Shown one piece after another: positions 20,472-29,124 of a stretch of 64,000 bases of DNA. The notes under the pieces are model-generated. The model did not search any database. It saw only the letters and a list, made by a program, of their open reading frames with translations, and was not told the DNA's origin. Every line of letters begins with the position of its first letter. Within the stretch, counting starts at the first letter, position 1. Origin of the DNA: Ignavibacteriaceae bacterium (GTDB taxonomy: Bacteria; Bacteroidota; Ignavibacteria; Ignavibacteriales; Ignavibacteriaceae); the NCBI GenBank assembly GCA_041667115.1, contig JBAYFO010000008.1:4823-68822 (forward strand), given 5' to 3'. The position numbers were made by a program, and so were the translations under genes.

Positions 20472-22415
20472 TTAAAGTGAAAAATTAATTCCGGCGTAAA
20501 CTGCTCGCCGTTCTGTTCCGTAGCCAAAAATCTCTTCATACTTTTTATCAAAAATATTGTGCAGCTTCCCGAAAATTTCCAACCCGCTGGTAAGTTTATA
20601 AGAAGCTGATAAGTTAACCAAAGTATAACTTGCTAATTGAATACGCTGCACGGGAAAGGTTGAAAAATCTTTATCGTCCCGAACTCCCGTGTACAAAACA
20701 TCAAACCCGAGATTAAAATTTTTATTCAGGAAGAAAAACGTTGAAAAGGTTGCTTTATCTTTTGGTCTGCGGAGCAACGGCAAATCTTTGTCCGGGCTAT
20801 TCTCGCTTTTATCTTTAGTATTTGTTAACGTATAAGTAAAATTGAAAGCGGCAAATCCGTTTGATTTATATTTTAAGCCGAACTCAATTCCATTTGCTTC
20901 AGCCTTTGCAAGGTTGATTGTTTTAAAGGTTGCGTTATCGAAACTGAATAAATTATCAAAGTGATTGGTGAAGTAGGAAACTTCAAATGATAACTTATCT
21001 TGCAATAAAAATTGTTCTACGCCAAGATCCCAACCGGTACTTTTTTCCGGTTTTAGATCGGCGTTACCGTAACCGGGATCAAAGAGATAAAATAGTGATG
21101 GAGCTTTGAATCCCGTTCCGTACGCTGCGCGTATTTTTGTTCCGGTTCCTTCTACAAAATAAACGGGAGCGATGCGGTACGTTGTAACGGAGCCAAACAT
21201 TTTATGTTTATCGTAACGGACACCAACGGTTGCGTTAAAATTTTTAATTATAGAAACCTGGTCTTGCGCATAAAGACCAAACGTTGTTGTGCTGATCTTC
21301 GGGAAGAAACTGTCGAATGGTCCCCAATCGCTGTTTGAGTAATAATCGGACACCGCAACTTCTTCTTCCGCTTCGGCGCCAAAAGTTATCCGTTGAGCTT
21401 CAAAGAAGGATAAAGTATTGAGCCATTCAATTTTCTTTTTTGTTCCGTCATATCGTGCATCGGAGAAGGTAGCCGGACGCCGAGAGTCAACGCCGTCTAC
21501 ATATTTTCTAAAATTGCGCAGATAATCGAATGAAAGAGACTGCGTCCATTGTTTATCGAATAAAGAAAAATCGAGAGTAGTTTTTATTACCGATTCTTGC
21601 AGTGAATAAGAATAGTTCGGGTCGTCTCCGTTTATTCCGCCGCTGAAATCATAGTCAGTATTGGCTTTGTTGAAGCGGAGGAGAAGAGATAATAAAATAT
21701 CTTTTGGGAGAGCATATTGAAGCTTTGATGTGAACGAAGAAGTTTTGTATCCGTCGGCTTCGGTATTTCCGTATGCTTCCGAAGCTGAAGAAAACCCTTT
21801 CGTTTTGAAATCGTTAGCCGAGACGAGATAGCTTAACTCGTTTACTCTACCGGAAACAGAAGCGCTTGAACGCAAACTGCTATATGAACCGGCTTCAAGA
21901 TGAGCATGCACATTTAAGTTTTGAGAGAATTTTCTTGTGTAGATTGAGATAACACCCGCAAGTGCATCCGAACCGTACAGCGTGCTTTGCGGTCCGCGGA
22001 GAATTTCGATCCGTTCAATATCATCCGCTTGAAGATTGGAGAAATCAAACGCATTTGAAATATCGCCCGGGTTATTCATTTCAACACCGTCTAGCAGTAC
22101 AAGCGTTTGCCCGGAGTTAGCACCGCGAGTAAAAACAGTAGCAAGTTTTCCCGCGCCCCCTTGTTGCAACATAAAAATTCCGGGAACATCGGAAAGTAAT
22201 TCGAGAACCGTTCCTTTTTGTGAGAGTTCAATTTCGGCTCTATCAATTACGGTTACGGCAGAACCGATTTGCGTTGCCGGTGTTGGCGTTTTTGTTGCTG
22301 AAACTACCACATCGGAAAGATGATATGTTCGGAGAGAATCGTTACCCGGTTTTTCTCCTTCCGCATTTACAACGGAAATGAGGAAGACAAGAGAAAGAAA
22401 AATTTTGTGCACCAT
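20472..22415 (-). CDS. btuB: TonB-dependent receptor, vitamin B12 (BtuB)-type
   Basis: Signal peptide, plug-domain motifs (VVSATKT, IEILRGPQSTLYGSDA), 22-strand-sized barrel and a terminal aromatic residue; preceded by a cobalamin riboswitch. Confidence 0.85.
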   Translation of the reverse strand: MVHKIFLSLVFLISVVNAEGEKPGNDSLRTYHLSDVVVSATKTPTPATQIGSAVTVIDRAEIELSQKGTVLELLSDVPGIFMLQQGGAGKLATVFTRGANSGQTLVLLDGVEMNNPGDISNAFDFSNLQADDIERIEILRGPQSTLYGSDALAGVISIYTRKFSQNLNVHAHLEAGSYSSLRSSASVSGRVNELSYLVSANDFKTKGFSSASEAYGNTEADGYKTSSFTSKLQYALPKDILLSLLLRFNKANTDYDFSGGINGDDPNYSYSLQESVIKTTLDFSLFDKQWTQSLSFDYLRNFRKYVDGVDSRRPATFSDARYDGTKKKIEWLNTLSFFEAQRITFGAEAEEEVAVSDYYSNSDWGPFDSFFPKISTTTFGLYAQDQVSIIKNFNATVGVRYDKHKMFGSVTTYRIAPVYFVEGTGTKIRAAYGTGFKAPSLFYLFDPGYGNADLKPEKSTGWDLGVEQFLLQDKLSFEVSYFTNHFDNLFSFDNATFKTINLAKAEANGIEFGLKYKSNGFAAFNFTYTLTNTKDKSENSPDKDLPLLRRPKDKATFSTFFFLNKNFNLGFDVLYTGVRDDKDFSTFPVQRIQLASYTLVNLSASYKLTSGLEIFGKLHNIFDKKYEEIFGYGTERRAVYAGINFSL

Positions 22416-22499
22416 AGAAGTTACTCCTTTAGTAAAAATAAATTGAATTAAATAAGGTTGTAACTTCGTGGGATGAAAGAAATGAATTACGAATAGAGA

Positions 22500-22675
22500 G
22501 TACTATTGCGTTAATCCAACCTTACCCGCGAAGGTTGATTAAAATTTGTACGGCAGGTCTCCTGACTTTTGACTACAAGTGTTTTGCGAGCAGTCATTTC
22601 ACAGTTGCGCGACAGCTCCGGATTCTCACCGGATTCCCTATCATTCCCGTTCTATGCGGGACACCGTAACAATCT
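22500..22675 (-). promoter_or_regulatory. cobalamin (B12) riboswitch in the btuB leader
   Basis: The minus strand reads ...AUAGGGAAUCCGGUGAGAAUCCGGAGCUGUCGCGCAACUGUGAAAUG...AAGUCAGGAGACCUGCCGUA. The B12 box AGUCAGGAGACCUGCC maps to 22551-22567 on the plus strand. P1 is UACGG/CCGUA, and an AAUCAACCUU...AAGGUUGGAUU hairpin follows. Confidence 0.85.
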
Positions 22676-22970
22676 TAAAAGAACGGGCGAAATCTAAGTG
22701 AATTGTTTTTGAAATCAAAATGAAAAGAGAATAGAGAAGAAAATTTGCAAATTTCAAACGATAAATTTCAAATCCCATGTCCCGATTAATCACTAGGACT
22801 AAAATTGTAATGTTCAAAATATCGGGTGACCCGTTAATAATTTATTGGGATTTATTTGAACTTTAAAGTTTGTTTTTTGGATTTTGTTATTTGGAATTTG
22901 AAATGAACCGGGAATTAATCGGGAAGTTATGCGGGGTATTTTTTATCTTGAAGCAGATAAATGGTAAGCT

Positions 22971-23327
22971 GTGCGAGCTATTTTGAAAACCGCGCGAGGT
23001 GTTTTAAAAGTGGCGCGAAGGGATTTGAAAGTCGTGCGGAGTGTTTTGAAAGTGATGCGAAGTAAAATGAAAACCGTGCGAGGTGTTTCGAAAGTCGTGC
23101 GAAGCGAAATGAAAATCGTGCGAAGTGTTTTGAAAGTGATGCGGAGCGAAATGAAAATCGTGCGAAGTGTTTTGAAAGTGATGCGGAGCGAAATGAAAAT
23201 CGTGCGAAGTGTTTTGAAAGTGATGCGAAGCAAAATGAAAACCGTGCGGAGTGTTTTGAAAGTGATGCGAAGCAAAATGAAAATCGTGCGAGGTGATTTG
23301 AAAGTGATGCGAAAAAGGGGAAAAGTT
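22971..23327. repeat. tandem array of about 17 copies of a 21-bp unit, organised as a 42-bp higher-order repeat
   Basis: GTGCGAAGTGTTTTGAAAGTG / ATGCGGAGCGAAATGAAAATC alternate. GTGCGAAG recurs at 23118, 23160 and 23202. Identity decays towards both ends and degenerate copies continue to about 23520. Confidence 0.9.
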
Positions 23328-23550
23328 GTGATTTTTGAGCAAAATCATGGTTTTCTTTAATAAAATCTAGGAATAGAATTCCATGAGGAGAATGGAAGCG
23401 GCAGGTTAAAGGAAAAGTACTTGAATTCTTGACATTGGCGAATGAAAGGATAGATTTTGCTTAGTAGGAAATATAGATTATGAAATGGAATTGTTATATT
23501 TGAAAAATAGAAAAAAGTAAAAATGCTCGGGTAATCTTTTATCTTACTAA

Positions 23551-24525
23551 ATGATGTGGAGGTGTGAAATCAATTATACTACAATCGAAAAACTTGTCTC
23601 GGATATCCCCAACGAGTTGAAAGATTTAATTTCTAAAAAGTATGGCCAAATTTCAATAAGAGGAAAAATTACTGAAATTAACACTATAGAATCATATGGT
23701 TATTATTATGGAAAGATTGAAGATTTCAAGACAAGTGATTATATAAAATTCAAAGTACCAACATCACTACTCTCAAAATTGCAATTACAAAAAATATATC
23801 ATTTAACAGGGATACTTACTGTCCAAGAGAATAAGAAGTTCGGGTCACTTAATCCTTTGTTAAGAATAAATTCAATTGATGAAGTGGACGACAAAGTGGA
23901 GTTTGAAGAGAAAAGAAATCTTCATCAAATTTCAGATGAGATTTTTTCACGCCCTAAAATAAATGTCGATTACTATCTTAATAATAAAAGTAAAGTTGAA
24001 CTTACTGTAATTACCGGAAAGAATTCAAAAGCAAAAGAAGACTTTGAAAGTCAACTTAGAGGTACTCATAATTATTATTTCGTTCGCTATAAATTGATAA
24101 ATATTGAATCGGCATATGAGGTAGCAAAAGCAATTGAAGATTCACAAAAGGATTCAGATTTAATTGCAATCACAAGAGGCGGAGGTGAAAGTATTAAATA
24201 TTTAGGGGATGATATTATTGTTAAAGCAATTAGATTATCAAATCTCCCAATCATTTCCGCTGTTGGTCATGTTTTAGATTATATACGTTTAGATGAAGAA
24301 GTTGATAAATCATTAGGAACTCCAAGTGCTTTAGGAACATATTTAAGAGAACATGCAGAAAGAATCAATAAAAGACGGAGTTATCAAAATAATGTAAGTC
24401 AATATTCGCACAGGAGTCCTATCTATAAAAAAGGATATTATTCAAATTACTATAGACGAGGAGGATGTTTAAGTTTCTTTTTACTGACCTTTACTATAAT
24501 GGTAATAATATTGTCAGTATTATAA
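23551..24525 (+). CDS. divergent exodeoxyribonuclease VII large-subunit (XseA)-like protein with a C-terminal membrane anchor
   Basis: OB-fold-like N-terminus (ISIRGKITEINTIESYGYYYGKIED). XseA catalytic-core signature DLIAITRGGGESIKYL...PIISAVGHVLDYIRLDEEVDKSLGTPSALGTYL. No long coiled coil; it ends in the hydrophobic CLSFFLLTFTIMVIILSVL. Confidence 0.6.
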   Translation: MMWRCEINYTTIEKLVSDIPNELKDLISKKYGQISIRGKITEINTIESYGYYYGKIEDFKTSDYIKFKVPTSLLSKLQLQKIYHLTGILTVQENKKFGSLNPLLRINSIDEVDDKVEFEEKRNLHQISDEIFSRPKINVDYYLNNKSKVELTVITGKNSKAKEDFESQLRGTHNYYFVRYKLINIESAYEVAKAIEDSQKDSDLIAITRGGGESIKYLGDDIIVKAIRLSNLPIISAVGHVLDYIRLDEEVDKSLGTPSALGTYLREHAERINKRRSYQNNVSQYSHRSPIYKKGYYSNYYRRGGCLSFFLLTFTIMVIILSVL

Positions 24526-24925
24526 AATATTCTACTGTTTGGTCTTGAGAGCAATGCAAGAGTAAGAATGCGTAAAAAATTTGAAGGGTGTATTTTGAAA
24601 ATGATTCGACATAGAATGAGGGTTGTGCGGAAGAGGATTAAAGATTTGAATTTAGAGTAAACGCATAGTTTTTAAACCACATTCCTGATCCCAACTATTT
24701 AATTGACTACTTACCTTACTCAGAATTTATAATTGAATAGCCCCGGCATTTATGTCGGGGATCAAATTAGCAAGGAAAAAAGGGCTTTAGCTCAATATTG
24801 GCATTTGTTTTGGCTAAAGCCGGGAATTTTTTGCTTTATTCCACCACGACTTGAAAGTCGTGGCTATGCAAAGTTTTAGTTTTGTGTTAGGCGACTTACT
24901 AAAGCACTAAATGAGTTTCGGTTCT

Positions 24926-25303
24926 TTAACGCTTGGTCTCCTTCTTTGGCAAGGAAGATTCTTTCACATCCGAGTAATGAAACAGATGCAGCATTCGGTG
25001 TAACGCCGGTGCAATGATAAGAGTCGCTGCTATAAGAAAAACTAATCCGGCATAAAGCGCATAGAATCCCGCAAATAGTTTTCCGCCATCAGTTTTAGGG
25101 GCATCAACAGGACCCATACCACCAAGCAACATGGAGCTATTGAGAAAAGCATCACGCCACGGTAGTTGTTCGTAGTGTATATAGCCGATCATTCCAATAA
25201 AAAGTGAACCGATAATCAATACTACAGAGCCGAGAAAATGTAAAATAAGGCGACGCGCAAAGTGACTCCGTGATATAGGCTTTTGGTGATATCGTTCGTA
25301 CAT
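24926..25303 (-). CDS. hypothetical membrane protein (3 predicted TM helices)
   Basis: 125-aa ORF with hydrophobic helices; no family recognised. Confidence 0.45.
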   Translation of the reverse strand: MYERYHQKPISRSHFARRLILHFLGSVVLIIGSLFIGMIGYIHYEQLPWRDAFLNSSMLLGGMGPVDAPKTDGGKLFAGFYALYAGLVFLIAATLIIAPALHRMLHLFHYSDVKESSLPKKETKR

Positions 25304-25348
25304 ATGATTATTTCCTTTTAATAGTGGTCTTTTTCTCGCCGTTTTATT

Positions 25349-26077
25349 TTAGCTTTCCGGGTTCATCCTTGTAAAAGCTTTTTGCAAATCTTCAGGTCCG
25401 GCTTTCGTCATCGCTTCACTGAATCCAAAAGAAAGTTCTGTCTTTCCTTGTTTTAATTGTTCAAAGATGGCAATAATAAAATCGCTGACGGGCGGAGCAT
25501 AATCGTGGATGCCTTTCCCGCCAAGATCGGTATTAAGCGCGGGAGGAATTAATTCAATCACTTCTATATTTTTTGATTTTACAGATTGCCGCAGCGAAAG
25601 TGTGAACGAATGGAAAAAAGCTTTTGTAGCAGAATAAACAGGAACTTTAACGAGCGGGACGAAAGACAATCCTGAGGTTACATTAATAATTGTGTCCAAC
25701 GATTTCAAATTAAGAAAGAGTGAAGCCAGATGAATGGGAGCCTCAATATTAATCACAATCTCCTCTTTTGTGCGGGCAAAAAAGTCATCATCATAAATTG
25801 ACATCGTATTTTGAATGCCGGCGTTGTTAACGAGTACATTCAAATCATTATGTTCTTCCGAAATCCATGCAAAGAGTTTTTCCCTTTCTCCGGCAATTGA
25901 TAGATCGCATACTCTTGTAATTACCGAAGGATATTTAGCAAATATTTCTTTTAAGAGAGATTCCCTTCTTCCGCAAATAATTACGGTGTTGTTCTCTTTA
26001 ACAAATCTTTCGGTCAGCCCTAAGCCAATACCTGAAGCCCCTCCTGTAATTAATATTTTGTTGTTTGATGTTTTCAT
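25349..26077 (-). CDS. SDR-family short-chain oxidoreductase
   Basis: TGGASGIGLG cofactor motif, NNAG, catalytic YSATKAF. Confidence 0.85.
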   Translation of the reverse strand: MKTSNNKILITGGASGIGLGLTERFVKENNTVIICGRRESLLKEIFAKYPSVITRVCDLSIAGEREKLFAWISEEHNDLNVLVNNAGIQNTMSIYDDDFFARTKEEIVINIEAPIHLASLFLNLKSLDTIINVTSGLSFVPLVKVPVYSATKAFFHSFTLSLRQSVKSKNIEVIELIPPALNTDLGGKGIHDYAPPVSDFIIAIFEQLKQGKTELSFGFSEAMTKAGPEDLQKAFTRMNPES

Positions 26078-26293
26078 GTTTGAAGATTTTTCATGTTTTA
26101 TGATTACTTGTATGATTACAGGAAGAAAAATAATTATTTTCCAAATTATACCGCCTCTTATTTAAGAAGAAATTTGGTAAAAAGTAAGGGGAAGAATTTC
26201 TGTTTGACACTTGCCCTCTGAAAGAGTAAGTTGCAAATGTAAAACGGAGTTCGTTGCCGAGCTGAATAAGAATCATTAAATACCAAAGGTGAA

Positions 26294-26836
26294 ATGATGA
26301 AAACTTGTATTAACCATCCTGAACGGGAAGCATTATCGATATGTCACGGATGCGGAAAAGATTATTGTGGGTCTTGCTTAGATGAAGGGAAAGAATTTTA
26401 TTATTGTAAAAATCCCGAGTGCCAGGAATTGTTGAAAAAAGAAATGCCCGCGGGGAAGTTATCCGAAAAAATTATTTGTCCCAACTGTGCGAGTGAATTA
26501 GACCTTTCTGAAGAGGAAAGGTTAAATGGAAAAGTTCACTGCCCGGAGTGTGAAGTAGTAATAGACTTCACAGTTATCCCGACCAAAATAGTAAACCGGG
26601 AAAACTTTGTAGAATTATTAGTTTCGTTAAACCAGGGAGATATCGCATTAATAAAGTCTCTCCTTGATAACTCGAAAATCGAATATTACACAACGGGTGA
26701 AAACTTTTTAAGCGTTGATCCGTTGATTCAGCCCGCCAAATTTTTTGTAAACGAAAACCAGGTAGAAGATGCAAAGGAATTGCTGAAAGAATTTAATTTG
26801 CATATCTGGGGAACATCAAAAGACCAGGAGGAATAA
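26294..26836 (+). CDS. zinc-finger (B-box-like CxxC) protein with a DUF2007-like C-terminal domain
   Basis: CINHPEREALSICHGCGKDYCGSC plus two further CxxC pairs. The C-terminal fold (DIALIKSLLDNSKIEY...VEDAKELLKEF) is typical of DUF2007. Confidence 0.5.
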   Translation: MMKTCINHPEREALSICHGCGKDYCGSCLDEGKEFYYCKNPECQELLKKEMPAGKLSEKIICPNCASELDLSEEERLNGKVHCPECEVVIDFTVIPTKIVNRENFVELLVSLNQGDIALIKSLLDNSKIEYYTTGENFLSVDPLIQPAKFFVNENQVEDAKELLKEFNLHIWGTSKDQEE

Positions 26837-26882
26837 TTCTTTTGTGGTTTGAATTATAAACAAGGCTTTAAGGAGTTTTTTA

Positions 26883-27671
26883 ATGAAACGATTAGTTAAA
26901 AATATGCTAAACATAAGTTGTGTTCTTTTGTTTATTCAATTTGTTTTTACCGGTGCAGCCTTTGCTCAAGATGTTAAAAAACCGTTTCCCGATGAAGTGA
27001 TTAAAATGCTGCAGGAAGGGAATGAAAGATTTTATAGCGGGAAAGCAACTTATCCTCACACAAATGCTGCGCGACTTGAAATGGCTGGAAAAGAGGATCA
27101 GGGAAAATATGCCTATGCCACGATACTCTCTTGTTCTGATTCCCGTGTGCCGGTCGAACTTCTTTTCGATGCCGGAGTAATGGATCTTTTTGTTGTACGG
27201 GTTGCGGGAAATGTTTGCGATACGGATGAGATCGGATCGATTGAATATGGGTTGGCACATGTAAATACTCCCTTGCTCGTTGTATTAGGTCATACGCAAT
27301 GCGGCGCGGTTACTGCAGTAACCCATGCGGTGCATGGAGAAGGGCATAAACTCGAACGTAATATTCCACCGCTTGTTGATAATATTATTCCGGCAGTTAA
27401 ACGGGCAATGAAGCAACATACAGAAGCGCATGGTGACGCGGTTATTCCTTTTGCCATAGAAGAAAATGTTTGGCAGGCTGTTGATGACCTGTTTATGAAA
27501 AGTCCGGCAGTGCGCAACATGGTTAAAGAAGGGAAAGCCAAAGCTGTCGGAGCAATTTATGATGTTGCAACTGGCAAAGTAAAATGGCTTCCGCTTGAGA
27601 AGGTTGATAAAATTCTAAAAAAGGTTGAAGCTTCTTCAAATAAAGAAACAGAGCCGTTTCTTTCAGAATAA
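26883..27671 (+). CDS. beta-class carbonic anhydrase with signal peptide
   Basis: CSDSRVP and GHTQCGAV zinc-ligand motifs; N-terminal signal sequence. Confidence 0.85.
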   Translation: MKRLVKNMLNISCVLLFIQFVFTGAAFAQDVKKPFPDEVIKMLQEGNERFYSGKATYPHTNAARLEMAGKEDQGKYAYATILSCSDSRVPVELLFDAGVMDLFVVRVAGNVCDTDEIGSIEYGLAHVNTPLLVVLGHTQCGAVTAVTHAVHGEGHKLERNIPPLVDNIIPAVKRAMKQHTEAHGDAVIPFAIEENVWQAVDDLFMKSPAVRNMVKEGKAKAVGAIYDVATGKVKWLPLEKVDKILKKVEASSNKETEPFLSE

Positions 27672-27683
27672 TTTTATAATTGC

Positions 27684-28259
27684 ATGAACATAGAAATAAA
27701 TAAAAATATTTTTACGGTATTTCCCGAATTAGAAAGCGAGCGGCTTCTTTTTAGGAAGATTTTATTGAGCGATGCAAAAGATCTTTATCTCATCAGGTCG
27801 AATGATGAGGTTATGAGATTTATGGATACAAAAAAAATGGAATCAAGTGATGATGCGGAAAAGATGATCCGGTCGGTTGAGGAATCCTTTAACAATGGGA
27901 CCGGGATTAATTGGGGCATTATTGAAAAGTACTCAAACAATTTCATCGGTTATTTTGGATTTTGGAGAATAATGTATGAACATTGCAGAGCAGAAATTGG
28001 ATATGCGCTTGATATGAACTATTGGAACAAGGGGTACATGGCTGAAACGCTAAAGGCTATGATTACGTTTGGGTTCACCAACATGAACTTACACAGCCTT
28101 GAGGCAAATGTAAATCCGGGGAATAACAATTCTATTAAGCTGCTGGAAAAGACGGGATTCAAAAAGGAAGCCTACTTCCGGGAAAACTTTTTATTTAACA
28201 ATACGTTTTACGACAGTATAATTTTTTCGCTCTTGGAAAAAGATGTACGACGTATGTAA
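27684..28259 (+). CDS. GNAT-family N-acetyltransferase (RimJ/RimL-like)
   Basis: 191 aa with GYALDMNYWNKGYMAE..., NPGNNNSIKLLEKTGFKKE. Confidence 0.8.
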   Translation: MNIEINKNIFTVFPELESERLLFRKILLSDAKDLYLIRSNDEVMRFMDTKKMESSDDAEKMIRSVEESFNNGTGINWGIIEKYSNNFIGYFGFWRIMYEHCRAEIGYALDMNYWNKGYMAETLKAMITFGFTNMNLHSLEANVNPGNNNSIKLLEKTGFKKEAYFRENFLFNNTFYDSIIFSLLEKDVRRM

Positions 28260-28461
28260 GTTGTCACTGTTAAATATTGTCGGGGAGGGTTAAACTTTTT
28301 TCACCTCAAATTGCAAATCGCAAGTAGAATTCTTAATTTTCATTCAAATGAAAAAAAAATTGCTCACATTTGAACGCAAACTAAAATAGCATGAAACCTA
28401 CTTTAGCGCCGACATTCAATCAACAATTCCATTTCTTAACACTTAACTAAGGAGAAAATGA

Positions 28462-29124
28462 ATGAGTTGGTTCACTGATTTCACCAATTCCTCACTCGGT
28501 AAAAAGTTTATTATGGCTCTTACCGGGGTACTGCTGATGATGTTTCTTATTGTACACTTCATTGGTAACATGATGCTCTATTTTGGTCCCGCCGTTTTTC
28601 AAACATATGTCGAAACTTTGGAAACAGTAAAACCTGCCGTTAGAGTAATAGAAATACTTTTAGCATTAATTTTTATTTTCCATATTTATAACGCAATAAA
28701 ATTATGGTGGGAAAATAAAAAAGCTAGCCCGCAGAAATATGCCGTTAACGCTTCACGCGAGAACTCGGATATTTTTTCGAGAAGTATGGCAATAACCGGC
28801 AGCGTCATTTTTATTTTTCTGGCAATTCACTTATCTACCTTTTGGGCAACGTTCAATTTTGGAACTCACCCGGAGACAGAATATCCGTTTTACACAATTG
28901 TTTCCGATTGGTTTAGAGACCCCGTTTATTCCATCTTTTATTTTATTGCTATGGGATTTTTGGGCTTTCACCTGAACCACGCATTCCAAAGCGCGTTTCA
29001 AACCTTCGGCTTAAATCATAAAAAATATACACCGTTAATTAAAAAGTTAGGAACCGCCTTCGCGTTGGTGATGGCGTTAGGTTTTGCATCTATTCCAATC
29101 TACTTTTTGATGGGAGGCAAATAA
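28462..29124 (+). CDS. sdhC: succinate dehydrogenase/fumarate reductase cytochrome b subunit (b558 family)
   Basis: 5-TM protein with conserved His residues, directly abutting sdhA; strong SD (AAGGAG). Confidence 0.8.
   Translation: MSWFTDFTNSSLGKKFIMALTGVLLMMFLIVHFIGNMMLYFGPAVFQTYVETLETVKPAVRVIEILLALIFIFHIYNAIKLWWENKKASPQKYAVNASRENSDIFSRSMAITGSVIFIFLAIHLSTFWATFNFGTHPETEYPFYTIVSDWFRDPVYSIFYFIAMGFLGFHLNHAFQSAFQTFGLNHKKYTPLIKKLGTAFALVMALGFASIPIYFLMGGK

Noticed and set aside
22971-23327. CRISPR array, here and at 35982-36340.
   Set aside because: The repeats are directly adjacent with a 21-nt period and no unique spacers. No cas genes are in the window.
22943-23360. Three overlapping ORFs of 110-129 aa on both strands, including a basic heptad-repeat protein (VLKVMRS/EMKIVRS).
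   Set aside because: They coincide exactly with the 21-bp satellite. The unit lacks stop codons in five of the six frames, so long ORFs arise automatically. There is no RBS, a GTG start, and mutual overlap on both strands.
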